This document shows positions 36,846 through 45,737 of a stretch of DNA of 64,000 nt, piece after piece. A program made the position numbers and the translations under genes. The stretch is taken from assembly GCA_045652765.1 (NCBI GenBank), contig JAZOLG010000049.1, positions 219 to 64,218 on the forward strand, in the 5' to 3' direction. The first letter of the stretch is position 1, and every line of letters starts with the position of its first letter. This DNA is from Bacilli bacterium. Its GTDB lineage: Bacteria; Bacillota_I; Bacilli_A; ML615J-28; CAG-313. The notes under the pieces were generated by a model. The model ran no database searches, was not told the origin of the DNA, and saw only the letters and a list, made by a program, of their open reading frames with translations.

Positions 36846-37349
36846 ATGAAGAAAAAAGAGTTAGTAAAGATCATTAAAGAATTTAAAAATAAAAACTATC
36901 ATTCTTTTGATAAATTTTATAATGAAACAGCAAGAGGATTATATGTTTATGTTTTTAACGCTTTAAAAAATCGAGAAAAAACAGAAGAACTATTAGAAGA
37001 AATATATAAACATTTTATGTATACGGTTGATCATTGTCATAAAAATAAATATTTTATGAGCCATTTACTTAGAATTACTAAAACTGTTGTAGTTGAGTTA
37101 TATAATAAGGAAAAGCAAAGAATAAATAATAAAGATATCGTCAATACTATAAAAGAAGATGAGAATAAAGAAGATCTATTTTATATACTCGATTATTTAG
37201 ATAAACCTGAAAAACAAATTGTAATATTATATAAAATAAACAAAATGAGTATTCGTGAATTATCCGATTTTCTTAATATGTCAATTTTTAAAGTGCGTAA
37301 GACTTATCGTTTAGCACTTAAACATTTAGAGATGGAGGTTGGTAAATAA
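36846..37349 (+). CDS. Divergent ECF-like sigma-70 family factor
   Basis: About 167 aa. Region-2-like N-terminal half (FDKFYNETARGLYVYVFNALKN..EELLEEIY) and region-4 HTH (LDKPEKQIVILYKINKMSIRELSDFLNMSIFKVRKTYRLALKHL). ATG 36846 has a ggaga SD. Confidence 0.6.
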   Translation: MKKKELVKIIKEFKNKNYHSFDKFYNETARGLYVYVFNALKNREKTEELLEEIYKHFMYTVDHCHKNKYFMSHLLRITKTVVVELYNKEKQRINNKDIVNTIKEDENKEDLFYILDYLDKPEKQIVILYKINKMSIRELSDFLNMSIFKVRKTYRLALKHLEMEVGK

Positions 37350-38269
37350 TGAGAACTAAAGATGTTAAAAACATGTTAGATATATTGGCAACCGAAGTTA
37401 AAATTCATGAAATTGACAAAGCATTTTTAGATGAAATCCCTAAAAAGACTCCTAATAAAAACAAACTTAGAGTTGGACGTATTCTTTTACCAATTATACT
37501 TTGTATTTGTTTTTCGACAGCTTTTATAACTTTATTAGTTATTTCTATTAATAAACCGCTTTTTGGCGAACAAACTTTAGATAATTTATCGGATACAAAA
37601 AGAGAAATAACTTATCAATTGATTGAAACTTTATCTTTAATTAATGATGATAATAATTTACAGCTTATGTCTGATTCAATAAGTGACGATGTTTTAAGAG
37701 AAGTAGAAAAGTATTATAAACTTGCATGTTATGGTTTTGATAAAAATGAAATTGTTATCGACTCTTTAGTAAGTGATGATGCAAATTATCAAAATAAATA
37801 TCGTATTAAGTTAAAACAAGATGTTTATTTTTATTTTAATGAAACTTCAACTGATGAGACGAATAATATTGATTCGGTATCATCAAGTATTAATGGTTAT
37901 GTTTTATTTGGCACAAATAAATTTACTGTTGAAATATCTAAAGAAGTAAATGGGAATATCAAAACAATAACTCTAAAAGTTTATTATAATGAAGATAAAT
38001 ATTTAGAATCTTATCATCAAATTGGAGTTGATTTGAATAAATATGATTTTTTATATTTCGTTAATGGAGATAAGGAAAAAGAAGTAATATTAGTTTTAGA
38101 AGAACATATTAGTTATAATCAAGCAAATATTGTAATTGATGATAAGGAATTTAAATATATTTTACAAGCTGATAAAACAATTGTTGATGTTAAAATACCT
38201 AAGGTATATAGTGGTAAAATTATATTTACATTCAAAAATAATGAGTTTACATATCAAACAATAGAATAA
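37349..38269 (+). CDS. Single-pass membrane protein, putative anti-sigma factor (by context)
   Basis: TAATG overlap with the sigma gene. About 45 cytoplasmic aa, one TM helix (ILLPIILCICFSTAFITLLVISI), and a ~240-aa outside domain. No HxxxCxxC motif. Confidence 0.35.
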   Translation: MRTKDVKNMLDILATEVKIHEIDKAFLDEIPKKTPNKNKLRVGRILLPIILCICFSTAFITLLVISINKPLFGEQTLDNLSDTKREITYQLIETLSLINDDNNLQLMSDSISDDVLREVEKYYKLACYGFDKNEIVIDSLVSDDANYQNKYRIKLKQDVYFYFNETSTDETNNIDSVSSSINGYVLFGTNKFTVEISKEVNGNIKTITLKVYYNEDKYLESYHQIGVDLNKYDFLYFVNGDKEKEVILVLEEHISYNQANIVIDDKEFKYILQADKTIVDVKIPKVYSGKIIFTFKNNEFTYQTIE

Positions 38270-38329
38270 TTTTGTTTTACAATTTTATTTATTTGGTGTA
38301 TAATTTTATGGTATTAATCGGAGGAAATT

Positions 38330-38917
38330 ATGAAAAATCATCAAAAAATTCGTAAAATTACTATGACAGCAATCTTAGCTGCAATATTATTGATTTTAGC
38401 CTTTTTACCAGTGCGAATTATTGCGTTAGAAATAACGTTGACAGTTATTCCAATTGCGATTGGAATCATTCTATGTGGAAGTAGTACAGGAATTATTTTG
38501 GGTTCTTTATTTGGTGTTGTTAGTTTTTTACAATGTTTGGGATATAGCCCATTTGGAGCTGTTATGCTTTCTATTAATCCTTGGTTGACGCTTCTCGTTT
38601 GTCTTCCAACTCGTATTTTAGTTGGCTTTATTCCATCACTAGTTCATAAATTTTTAGTTGATAAAAACAAAAATTTAGCTCAAGTGTTAGTTTGCGTGAT
38701 GGTGCCAATTTTCAATACATTATTCTTTATGACAATGCTTTGTGTATGCTTTTATAATACAGAGTATATCCAAGGATTTGTTAGTTTATTAGGTGCTACT
38801 AACCCATTTACATTTGTAATCTTGTTTGTTGGTGTTAATGGATTAGTAGAAATTATTTGTGGTATTTGTGTTTCATACCCTATAAGTAAAGCACTAGAAA
38901 AAGCAATGAGTAAATAA
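38330..38917 (+). CDS. ECF-transporter S component, substrate unknown
   Basis: 195-aa, ~6-TM protein with an N-terminus typical of ECF S units (KITMTAILAAILLILAFLP). No riboswitch upstream. Confidence 0.5.
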   Translation: MKNHQKIRKITMTAILAAILLILAFLPVRIIALEITLTVIPIAIGIILCGSSTGIILGSLFGVVSFLQCLGYSPFGAVMLSINPWLTLLVCLPTRILVGFIPSLVHKFLVDKNKNLAQVLVCVMVPIFNTLFFMTMLCVCFYNTEYIQGFVSLLGATNPFTFVILFVGVNGLVEIICGICVSYPISKALEKAMSK

Positions 38918-38955
38918 AAGATAGGTAATAATCGTTTAACGATTATTACCTTTTT
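38918..38955. terminator. Bidirectional terminator
   Basis: aggtaataatcgt/acgattattacct 13-bp stem between convergent genes. Confidence 0.8.
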
Positions 38956-39718
38956 ATATTGCGATATAGTTATAAATATACTCTTCTAATGTTAAATTTT
39001 GTTTATAAATCTCTTCTGCAATCTCACCAACATAGCGAAAATGCCACGGTTCATAGTTATATCCTGTAATTGATTCTTTATCTTTTGGGTATCTTAGAAT
39101 AAATCCAAATTTATGTGCATTATCATTTAAGTAGCTGTAAGCTTTACTTTTATTTTTAGTAAGACCATCTTCTTTTGTACTTATATCTAAAGCTAAACCT
39201 GAGTGGTGTTCAGAAAAACCGGGTACAGCTAAATACATGTTATCAAACGTTGGGGTTTTATCCCATAAACTTAATTGTTTATTATATGATCGATAAGCTG
39301 AAAATAATACTAAATTAATGTTATGTTTTTTGGCGTCTTCGACCATATTTTGATAGTTTAAAAGTACATGTCTATCGATATACATTGTCTCACCAATTCT
39401 TTTGATATAATCAACATTTTGAACTTCAACTAAATTGTTTGGGATAAAAGATTCATCCACGCTATGATATTTATTAATTAACATTAAATCATCAAACATA
39501 ATTTTGTTAGTAGAAGTAGTGTAAAAGTTTGGATAATTTACTTTATTTAAGGCTTTAATATAAGAATTGGAAATTTTAAATTCTTCAAAATATTCTTCAC
39601 TTAAATCTTTATTAAAACTTGGATATTTGGAAAGTTCTAACACAAATTTATCATAATCGGAAGGTTTATGACAGCTGAATAATAAAAAACATGTAAGTAA
39701 AAAAACTAATAATTTCAT
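38954..39718 (-). CDS. M15B (VanY-type) D-alanyl-D-alanine carboxypeptidase, probable lipoprotein
   Basis: SAYRSYNKQ, PGFSEHHSGLALDI, EPWHFRYVG zinc-ligand motifs. N-terminal LLFSC lipobox. Confidence 0.85.
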   Translation of the reverse strand: MKLLVFLLTCFLLFSCHKPSDYDKFVLELSKYPSFNKDLSEEYFEEFKISNSYIKALNKVNYPNFYTTSTNKIMFDDLMLINKYHSVDESFIPNNLVEVQNVDYIKRIGETMYIDRHVLLNYQNMVEDAKKHNINLVLFSAYRSYNKQLSLWDKTPTFDNMYLAVPGFSEHHSGLALDISTKEDGLTKNKSKAYSYLNDNAHKFGFILRYPKDKESITGYNYEPWHFRYVGEIAEEIYKQNLTLEEYIYNYIAI

Positions 39719-39812
39719 TTTGTCACCTCATTATATTATGTCCAATTTAAAAAGAATACATAATGAGTTTTCAAAATTGACAAAATGTGGTATAATAAGA
39801 AAGGTGAAAATT

Positions 39813-42449
39813 ATGAAAAAAAGAGTAATATTACTAGATGGCAATAGTTTAATGTTTAGAGCTTATTATGCGACTGCATATACAGGTAATTTAATGCAAA
39901 CAAGTAGTGGACTTTATACTAATGCTTTATATGGTTTTGTTAATATGATGAACAAGATTATGGACACAATTGAAGGTGATCATATGCTTGTTGCTTTTGA
40001 TAAAGGTAAAAAGACTTTCAGACATCAACAACTTGAATCTTACAAGGGTACAAGAAAGAAAATGCCAGAAGAACTTGCGATGCAAATACCACTTATTAAA
40101 GAATATTTAGATGTAATGGGAATTAAAAGACTTGAACTTGATGATTATGAAGCAGATGATATTGTTGGTTCAATGGCGAAACTTGCAAGTAATAATGGAT
40201 ACGATGTAATTTGTCTTAGTGGTGATAAAGACTTATTACAACTTGTTAATGAAAAGGTTACAGTTTGTTTGACTAAAAAAGGTATTACAGAATTAGATGA
40301 ATTAACAAATGAAAACTTTAAAGAAAAGATGGGTTTTGATCCAATTCAAATGATTGATTATAAAGCTATGATTGGTGATAGTTCTGATAACTTAGAAGGT
40401 GTTAAAGGAATTGGTCCTAAAACAGCAGTAAGTTTACTTGAAAAATATCAAACATTAGATGGTATTTATCAAAATCTTGAACTATTAACTCCTAAAGCAA
40501 AACAAGCGTTTATAGAATCAAAAGATGTTGCCTATCAAACAAAGTTTCTCGCAACTATTTATCAAGATATTGAGTTTAATTTTACAATTGAAGATATATT
40601 AATTCAAGAAGCTGATTATGGAAAGTTAAGAAGCTTTTTTGAAAAAGTAGAATTTACTTCATTTATTAAAAAAATGAAAATTGAAAATATTAAATCTGTT
40701 GTAAAAATAGATTATCAAGAATTTATAAATGATGTTGATAAGTTGGAATCTGAATTAAAAACTGCAACTGAATTTTATTTTGATGTAGAATTAGATGGAG
40801 AAAATCATCATCGTTCTAATGTTTTGGGTTTAAGTTTTTTAGTAAACAATAATTGTTATTTTATAGAAAAAGGTCCATTTCTAAATAGTGATTTAAATAA
40901 ATATTTGGAAGATGAAACTATCCATAAATATACACTTGATTCTAAAAAAACTTATTTAACACTTAAGTATTTAGGAATAGAAGTCAAAGGGATTGTATAT
41001 GACTTCATGGTTGCAGTATACTTGATAAATCCAAGTTTTGTAACAGGTGATTTAAAAAGTATTTTTGAACATTTTAAAAATGTTAATTTAGAATATCATG
41101 AAGAAGTATATGGTAAAAAAACAAAATATTTAGTACCTGATTTAGAATTATATGCAAAATATGGTATTCATAAAATGATTGCTGTAAAAGAAACACAAGA
41201 TGAAATTTATAAATTATTATTGGATGATCAACTAGATGATTTGTTTTATAATGTAGAATTACCACTTGCAAGAGTATTAGCTCAAATTGAATACAATGGG
41301 TTTAAAATCGATAAAACAAGACTAGCTGAAATTGGTAGTATCTTTGAAGATAAAATAAGTAAGTTACAATCAAAAATATATGAGCTTATTGGTAAAGAAT
41401 TTAATATTTCATCACCTAAACAACTTGGCGTGATCTTATTCGAAGAATTAAAAGTTGGAAAAGGTAAAAAGAATAAAACAGGTTATTCAACATCTGCAGA
41501 AATTTTAGAAAGTTTGAAAGATGAACATCCAGTCATTCCTTTGATTTTGGAATATCGTAAATACACTAAATTGTATAGTACATATGTTCAAGGTTTAAGT
41601 AATGAAATTTTTGTAGATGGCAAAGTTCATACAACATTTAAACAAACATTAACACAAACAGGAAGACTTTCAAGTACTGAACCAAATATTCAAAATATTC
41701 CAATTCGTACAGAAGAAGGTAAAATTATTCGTTCTGTTTTTGTGCCTACTGAAAAAGATGGATTATTACTTAGTGCTGACTATTCACAAATTGAACTAAG
41801 AATATTAGCTGAAATGGCTAATTGTGAAACAATGATTAATGACTTTAATAATGGACTTGATTTACATGCATCTACAGCTGCTAAGATAAATAATGTTCCA
41901 TATGAAGAAGTTACAAAAGATATGCGTAGAATGGCAAAAGCTGTTAATTTTGGTATCGTTTATGGTATGAGTGATTGGGGTTTATCAGAAACTTTACATA
42001 TTTTACCAATCGATGCGGCGATATTTATTGATAAATATTTCGCAATATATCCAGAAATTAAAGTATTTTTAGATTCTTTGGTTCAAGATGCTTCGGCTAA
42101 AGGATACTCAACAACACTTTTTGGTAGACGTCGTTATATACCAGAACTTGCATCTGGGAACCATGCGTTAAAGAAATTTGGTGAAAGAACTAGTATGAAC
42201 GCACCTATTCAAGGAACAGCAGCTGATGTTATTAAAATGGCAATGGTTAAAGTTCAAGATAAGTTAGATTCTTTAAAATTAAATAGTAAAATTGTTGCAC
42301 AAGTGCACGATGAATTAATAATCGATGCTGTAAAAGAAGAAATAGAAATTGTTAAAAAAATATTAAAAGAAGAAATGGAAAATGTAGTAAATCTCAAAGT
42401 TAAATTAGATGTTGATGTTGAAACAGGATCAACTTGGGATTTGAAATAG
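39813..42449 (+). CDS. polA: DNA polymerase I
   Basis: 5' nuclease (LLDGNSLMFRAYYA, GDKDLLQL, GVKGIGPKTA) and Pol A motifs (DYSQIELRILA, RRMAKAVNFGIVYG, QVHDELI). True start is ATG 39813 (MKKRVILLDG), which has an SD and an extended -10 (TGgTATAAT, 39788-39796). The track start at 39720 is an upstream TTG artefact. Confidence 0.95.
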   Translation: MKKRVILLDGNSLMFRAYYATAYTGNLMQTSSGLYTNALYGFVNMMNKIMDTIEGDHMLVAFDKGKKTFRHQQLESYKGTRKKMPEELAMQIPLIKEYLDVMGIKRLELDDYEADDIVGSMAKLASNNGYDVICLSGDKDLLQLVNEKVTVCLTKKGITELDELTNENFKEKMGFDPIQMIDYKAMIGDSSDNLEGVKGIGPKTAVSLLEKYQTLDGIYQNLELLTPKAKQAFIESKDVAYQTKFLATIYQDIEFNFTIEDILIQEADYGKLRSFFEKVEFTSFIKKMKIENIKSVVKIDYQEFINDVDKLESELKTATEFYFDVELDGENHHRSNVLGLSFLVNNNCYFIEKGPFLNSDLNKYLEDETIHKYTLDSKKTYLTLKYLGIEVKGIVYDFMVAVYLINPSFVTGDLKSIFEHFKNVNLEYHEEVYGKKTKYLVPDLELYAKYGIHKMIAVKETQDEIYKLLLDDQLDDLFYNVELPLARVLAQIEYNGFKIDKTRLAEIGSIFEDKISKLQSKIYELIGKEFNISSPKQLGVILFEELKVGKGKKNKTGYSTSAEILESLKDEHPVIPLILEYRKYTKLYSTYVQGLSNEIFVDGKVHTTFKQTLTQTGRLSSTEPNIQNIPIRTEEGKIIRSVFVPTEKDGLLLSADYSQIELRILAEMANCETMINDFNNGLDLHASTAAKINNVPYEEVTKDMRRMAKAVNFGIVYGMSDWGLSETLHILPIDAAIFIDKYFAIYPEIKVFLDSLVQDASAKGYSTTLFGRRRYIPELASGNHALKKFGERTSMNAPIQGTAADVIKMAMVKVQDKLDSLKLNSKIVAQVHDELIIDAVKEEIEIVKKILKEEMENVVNLKVKLDVDVETGSTWDLK

Positions 42450-42461
42450 TAAGGAGATAGT

Positions 42462-43883
42462 ATGGAAAAGAAATATGATGTTATATTAGTTGGATCAGGG
42501 CCAGCAGGAATTTTTTCTGCTTATGAGTTGATGTTAAAAGCTCCCCAATTAAAAGTATTATTGATTGATAAAGGACCAAATATTTATAATCGTAAATGTC
42601 CAATTTTAGAAAAGAAAATTACACGTTGTCCAAAGGTAAAAAATAAAAGTGCTGGATGTTACCCTGCATGTTCTATGACATCTGGATTTGGTGGTTCAGG
42701 TGCATACTCAGATGGTAAATTTAATATTACATCTGAATTTGGTGGTTGGATGACTGATTATCTTCCAGAAGAAGAAGTTTTAGATTTAATTCGTTATGTT
42801 GACGCAATTAACTTAAAACATGGAGCTCCTGATAATATTACGGATCCTCATACTAAAGAAGTATATGAGATTGAAAAACGTGCAATGGGTGCGGGATTAA
42901 AACTTTTAAGAAGTGAAGTTAGACACTTAGGTACAGAAGTTAATTTAAAATTACTTGCGAATATTTATGAAACAATGAAACCACATATTGATTATGCTTT
43001 CCAAACTGAAGTAAAAGATATTTTGGTTGAAGATGGTGAAGTTAAAGGTGTCGTTTTAGCAAATGATGAAATCATTGAAACAAAATATTTATTACTAGGC
43101 GTAGGTAGAACTGGTGCTCATTGGCAAACACAAGTGTTATCAAGTAAAGGTATAGAATTTACTAATAATCGTGTCGATGTAGGTGTACGTGTTGAAACAT
43201 TAGATATTATTATGGATGAAATTAATAAGCACTTATATGAAGGTAAATTTATTTATAATACAAGTGTTGGAACGACTGTTAGAACATTTTGTTCAAATCC
43301 AAGTGGCCACGTTGTAATTGAAAACCATCATGGTATTATGTTATGTAATGGACATTCATATAATGATATTAAATTAGGAAGTAAAAATACTAACTTTGCA
43401 TTATTAGTATCACATTCGTTTGATTCACCATTTAATGAACCAAATGAATATGCTGAAGAAATTTCACGTCTTGCTAATAGACTTACAAATGGTTCTGTAA
43501 TTGTCCAAAAATATGGTGATATTAAAAAAGGTCGTCGTTCAACAGCTAAGAGAATTAATGAAGGTTTTGTTAAACCGACACTTAAAGAAGCAATTCCAGG
43601 AGATTTAGGATTAGTACTTCCATATAATACAATGAAATCATTAATAGAAATGATGGAAGCATTAAATTATATTACACCAGGTATTGCAAGTGATCACACA
43701 TTATTCTATGGTGTTGAAGCTAAGTTCTATAGTGCAAGACCTGAGGTTAATAATCAGTTTGAAACAAAGATTAAAAATCTTTACGTTGGTGGTGATGGTG
43801 CTGGTATTACAAGAGGATTATCTCAAGCTGGTGCAAATGGTGTTGCGATTGCAAGAGCAATTATTATGAAAGAAAACAAATAG
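42462..43883 (+). CDS. FAD-dependent protein (COG2509-type uncharacterised dehydrogenase)
   Basis: N-terminal dinucleotide fold YDVILVGSGPAGIFSAYEL and C-terminal GGDGAGITRG. Confidence 0.65.
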   Translation: MEKKYDVILVGSGPAGIFSAYELMLKAPQLKVLLIDKGPNIYNRKCPILEKKITRCPKVKNKSAGCYPACSMTSGFGGSGAYSDGKFNITSEFGGWMTDYLPEEEVLDLIRYVDAINLKHGAPDNITDPHTKEVYEIEKRAMGAGLKLLRSEVRHLGTEVNLKLLANIYETMKPHIDYAFQTEVKDILVEDGEVKGVVLANDEIIETKYLLLGVGRTGAHWQTQVLSSKGIEFTNNRVDVGVRVETLDIIMDEINKHLYEGKFIYNTSVGTTVRTFCSNPSGHVVIENHHGIMLCNGHSYNDIKLGSKNTNFALLVSHSFDSPFNEPNEYAEEISRLANRLTNGSVIVQKYGDIKKGRRSTAKRINEGFVKPTLKEAIPGDLGLVLPYNTMKSLIEMMEALNYITPGIASDHTLFYGVEAKFYSARPEVNNQFETKIKNLYVGGDGAGITRGLSQAGANGVAIARAIIMKENK

Positions 43884-43908
43884 ACTGACAAACTGTCAGT
43901 CTATTTTT
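43881..43908 (+). terminator. Rho-independent terminator
   Basis: tagactgaca/ctgtcagtcta hairpin plus T5. Confidence 0.8.
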
Positions 43909-43991
43909 CTTAACAAATTGTTTTTTTTTTTAGGTAGAAAATGGTATAATAATATAGATATAAAAAATAAAATATATGAAAGGAGATACTT

Positions 43992-45737
43992 ATGATTAAA
44001 AGATTATTAGGATCTGTTAGGGAATTTAAGAAACCTTCGATACTTACTTTATTACTAATGGTTGGCGAAGTTGTTATAGAAGTATTTATTCCATATATTA
44101 CAGCTGATTTAGTCAATATGATTAAAAAAGGTGTAGAAATTGATTTTGTTGTTAAACAAGGTTTATTATTAGTATTAATGGCATTTTTATCATTAACTTG
44201 TGGTGGACTTGCTGCATTCACTGCTGCTAAATCTTCTTCAGGATTTGCTAGAAACTTAAGATGCGATATGTTTAATGCGATTCAAAATTATTCATTCGAA
44301 AATGTTGATAAATTTTCTTCATCTTCACTAGTTACCAGAATGACAACCGATGTTGGTAATGTTCAAATGTCATATCAAATGTTAATTCGTATTGCGGTTA
44401 GATCACCACTTATGTTTGTGTTCTCGATAATTATGGCATTTGTTATGGGAGGAACTTTAGCTTTAACATTTGTTGTAGTTGTTCCAATTTTAGGTTTTGG
44501 TTTATTCTTAGTAAGTAGAAAAGCAATGCCAGCATTTAGAAGAGTATTTAAAAAATACGATAAACTGAATGAATCTATTGAAGAAAATGTTCGTGGAATG
44601 CGTGTTGTAAAAGGTTTCTCAAGAGAAGAATATGAAAAAGAAAAATTTACAAGTGCTTCTGAAAATATTCGTATAGATTTTACAAAAGCCGAAAGAATAG
44701 TTGCTTGTAACAATCCTTTAATGAATATATGTTTATACTTTAACATGGTTTTTGTTCTTTGGGTTGGTTCTAAACTAGTTATTACAGGAAGTTCAATTGA
44801 TATCGGACAAATTTCAGCAATGCTTACATATGGTATGCAAATCTTAATGAGCTTGATGACTCTATCAATGATTTATGTAATGCTTACAATGTCATATGAA
44901 TCAATGAAAAGAATAGATGAAGTTTTGAGAGAAGTACCTGCTCTTACAAATCCAGAAAATCCTGTATATGAAGTAAAAGATGGTTCAATCAAGTTTGAAA
45001 ATGTTAACTTCAAATATAATATTAATGCGAAACGTAATGCATTGGAAAATATTAATGTTGATATTAGATCAGGTATGACAGTAGGTATCATTGGTGGAAC
45101 TGGATCAAGTAAGTCAACATTCGTCCAATTAATCCCTCGCCTTTACGATGTAACTGAAGGTAATGTTTTAGTAGGTGGAGTAGATGTCCGTGAATATGAT
45201 ATTAAAACTATTCGAAATGAAGTTGCGATGGTTTTACAAAAGAATTTATTATTCTCAGGTACAATCAAAGATAACTTACGTTGGGGAAATCCAAATGCTA
45301 GTGATGAAGAATTAATCGAAGCTTGTAAACTTGCTCATGCCGATGAATTTATTCAAACATTCCCAGATAAATATGATACGTGGATTGAACAAGGTGGTAC
45401 AAACGTATCTGGTGGACAAAAACAAAGATTATGTATTGCCAGAGCACTTTTAAAACGCCCTAAAATTTTAATTTTAGACGACTCAACTAGTGCTGTAGAT
45501 ACAAAAACAGATGCATTTATTAGAAGTGGATTCAAAAAATTTATTCCTGAAACTACCAAAATTATTATTGCACAACGTATTGCATCTGTTGAAGATGCTG
45601 ATATGATTATTGTACTTGATAATGGTCATATTGAAAATATTGGTACGCACGATGAATTAATGAAAAAATCAATAATTTATCAAGAAGTATACAATCAACA
45701 AATAAATGGAGGTGATGACAATGAAGCCAATGCCTAA
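43992..45737 (+). CDS. ABC exporter half-transporter (TMD-NBD), degenerate-site subunit
   Basis: 6-TM domain plus NBD. Walker A GGTGSSKST (Ser where Gly is expected), signature VSGGQKQR, Walker B ILILDDSTS (Asp replaces the catalytic Glu). Confidence 0.9.
   Translation: MIKRLLGSVREFKKPSILTLLLMVGEVVIEVFIPYITADLVNMIKKGVEIDFVVKQGLLLVLMAFLSLTCGGLAAFTAAKSSSGFARNLRCDMFNAIQNYSFENVDKFSSSSLVTRMTTDVGNVQMSYQMLIRIAVRSPLMFVFSIIMAFVMGGTLALTFVVVVPILGFGLFLVSRKAMPAFRRVFKKYDKLNESIEENVRGMRVVKGFSREEYEKEKFTSASENIRIDFTKAERIVACNNPLMNICLYFNMVFVLWVGSKLVITGSSIDIGQISAMLTYGMQILMSLMTLSMIYVMLTMSYESMKRIDEVLREVPALTNPENPVYEVKDGSIKFENVNFKYNINAKRNALENINVDIRSGMTVGIIGGTGSSKSTFVQLIPRLYDVTEGNVLVGGVDVREYDIKTIRNEVAMVLQKNLLFSGTIKDNLRWGNPNASDEELIEACKLAHADEFIQTFPDKYDTWIEQGGTNVSGGQKQRLCIARALLKRPKILILDDSTSAVDTKTDAFIRSGFKKFIPETTKIIIAQRIASVEDADMIIVLDNGHIENIGTHDELMKKSIIYQEVYNQQINGGDDNEANA

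Noticed and set aside
39720-39812. N-terminal extensions suggested by the ORF track for polA (39720), mutM (54213), M28 (5446), MATE (32991), ruvA (22060), NlpC/P60 (35080), the sigma factor (36834), the surface protein (48011), yqeG (50670) and ABC2 (45706).
   Set aside because: In each case a downstream ATG has a properly spaced SD and restores the conserved family N-terminus. The upstream codon lies in the SD or promoter, or overlaps the previous gene.
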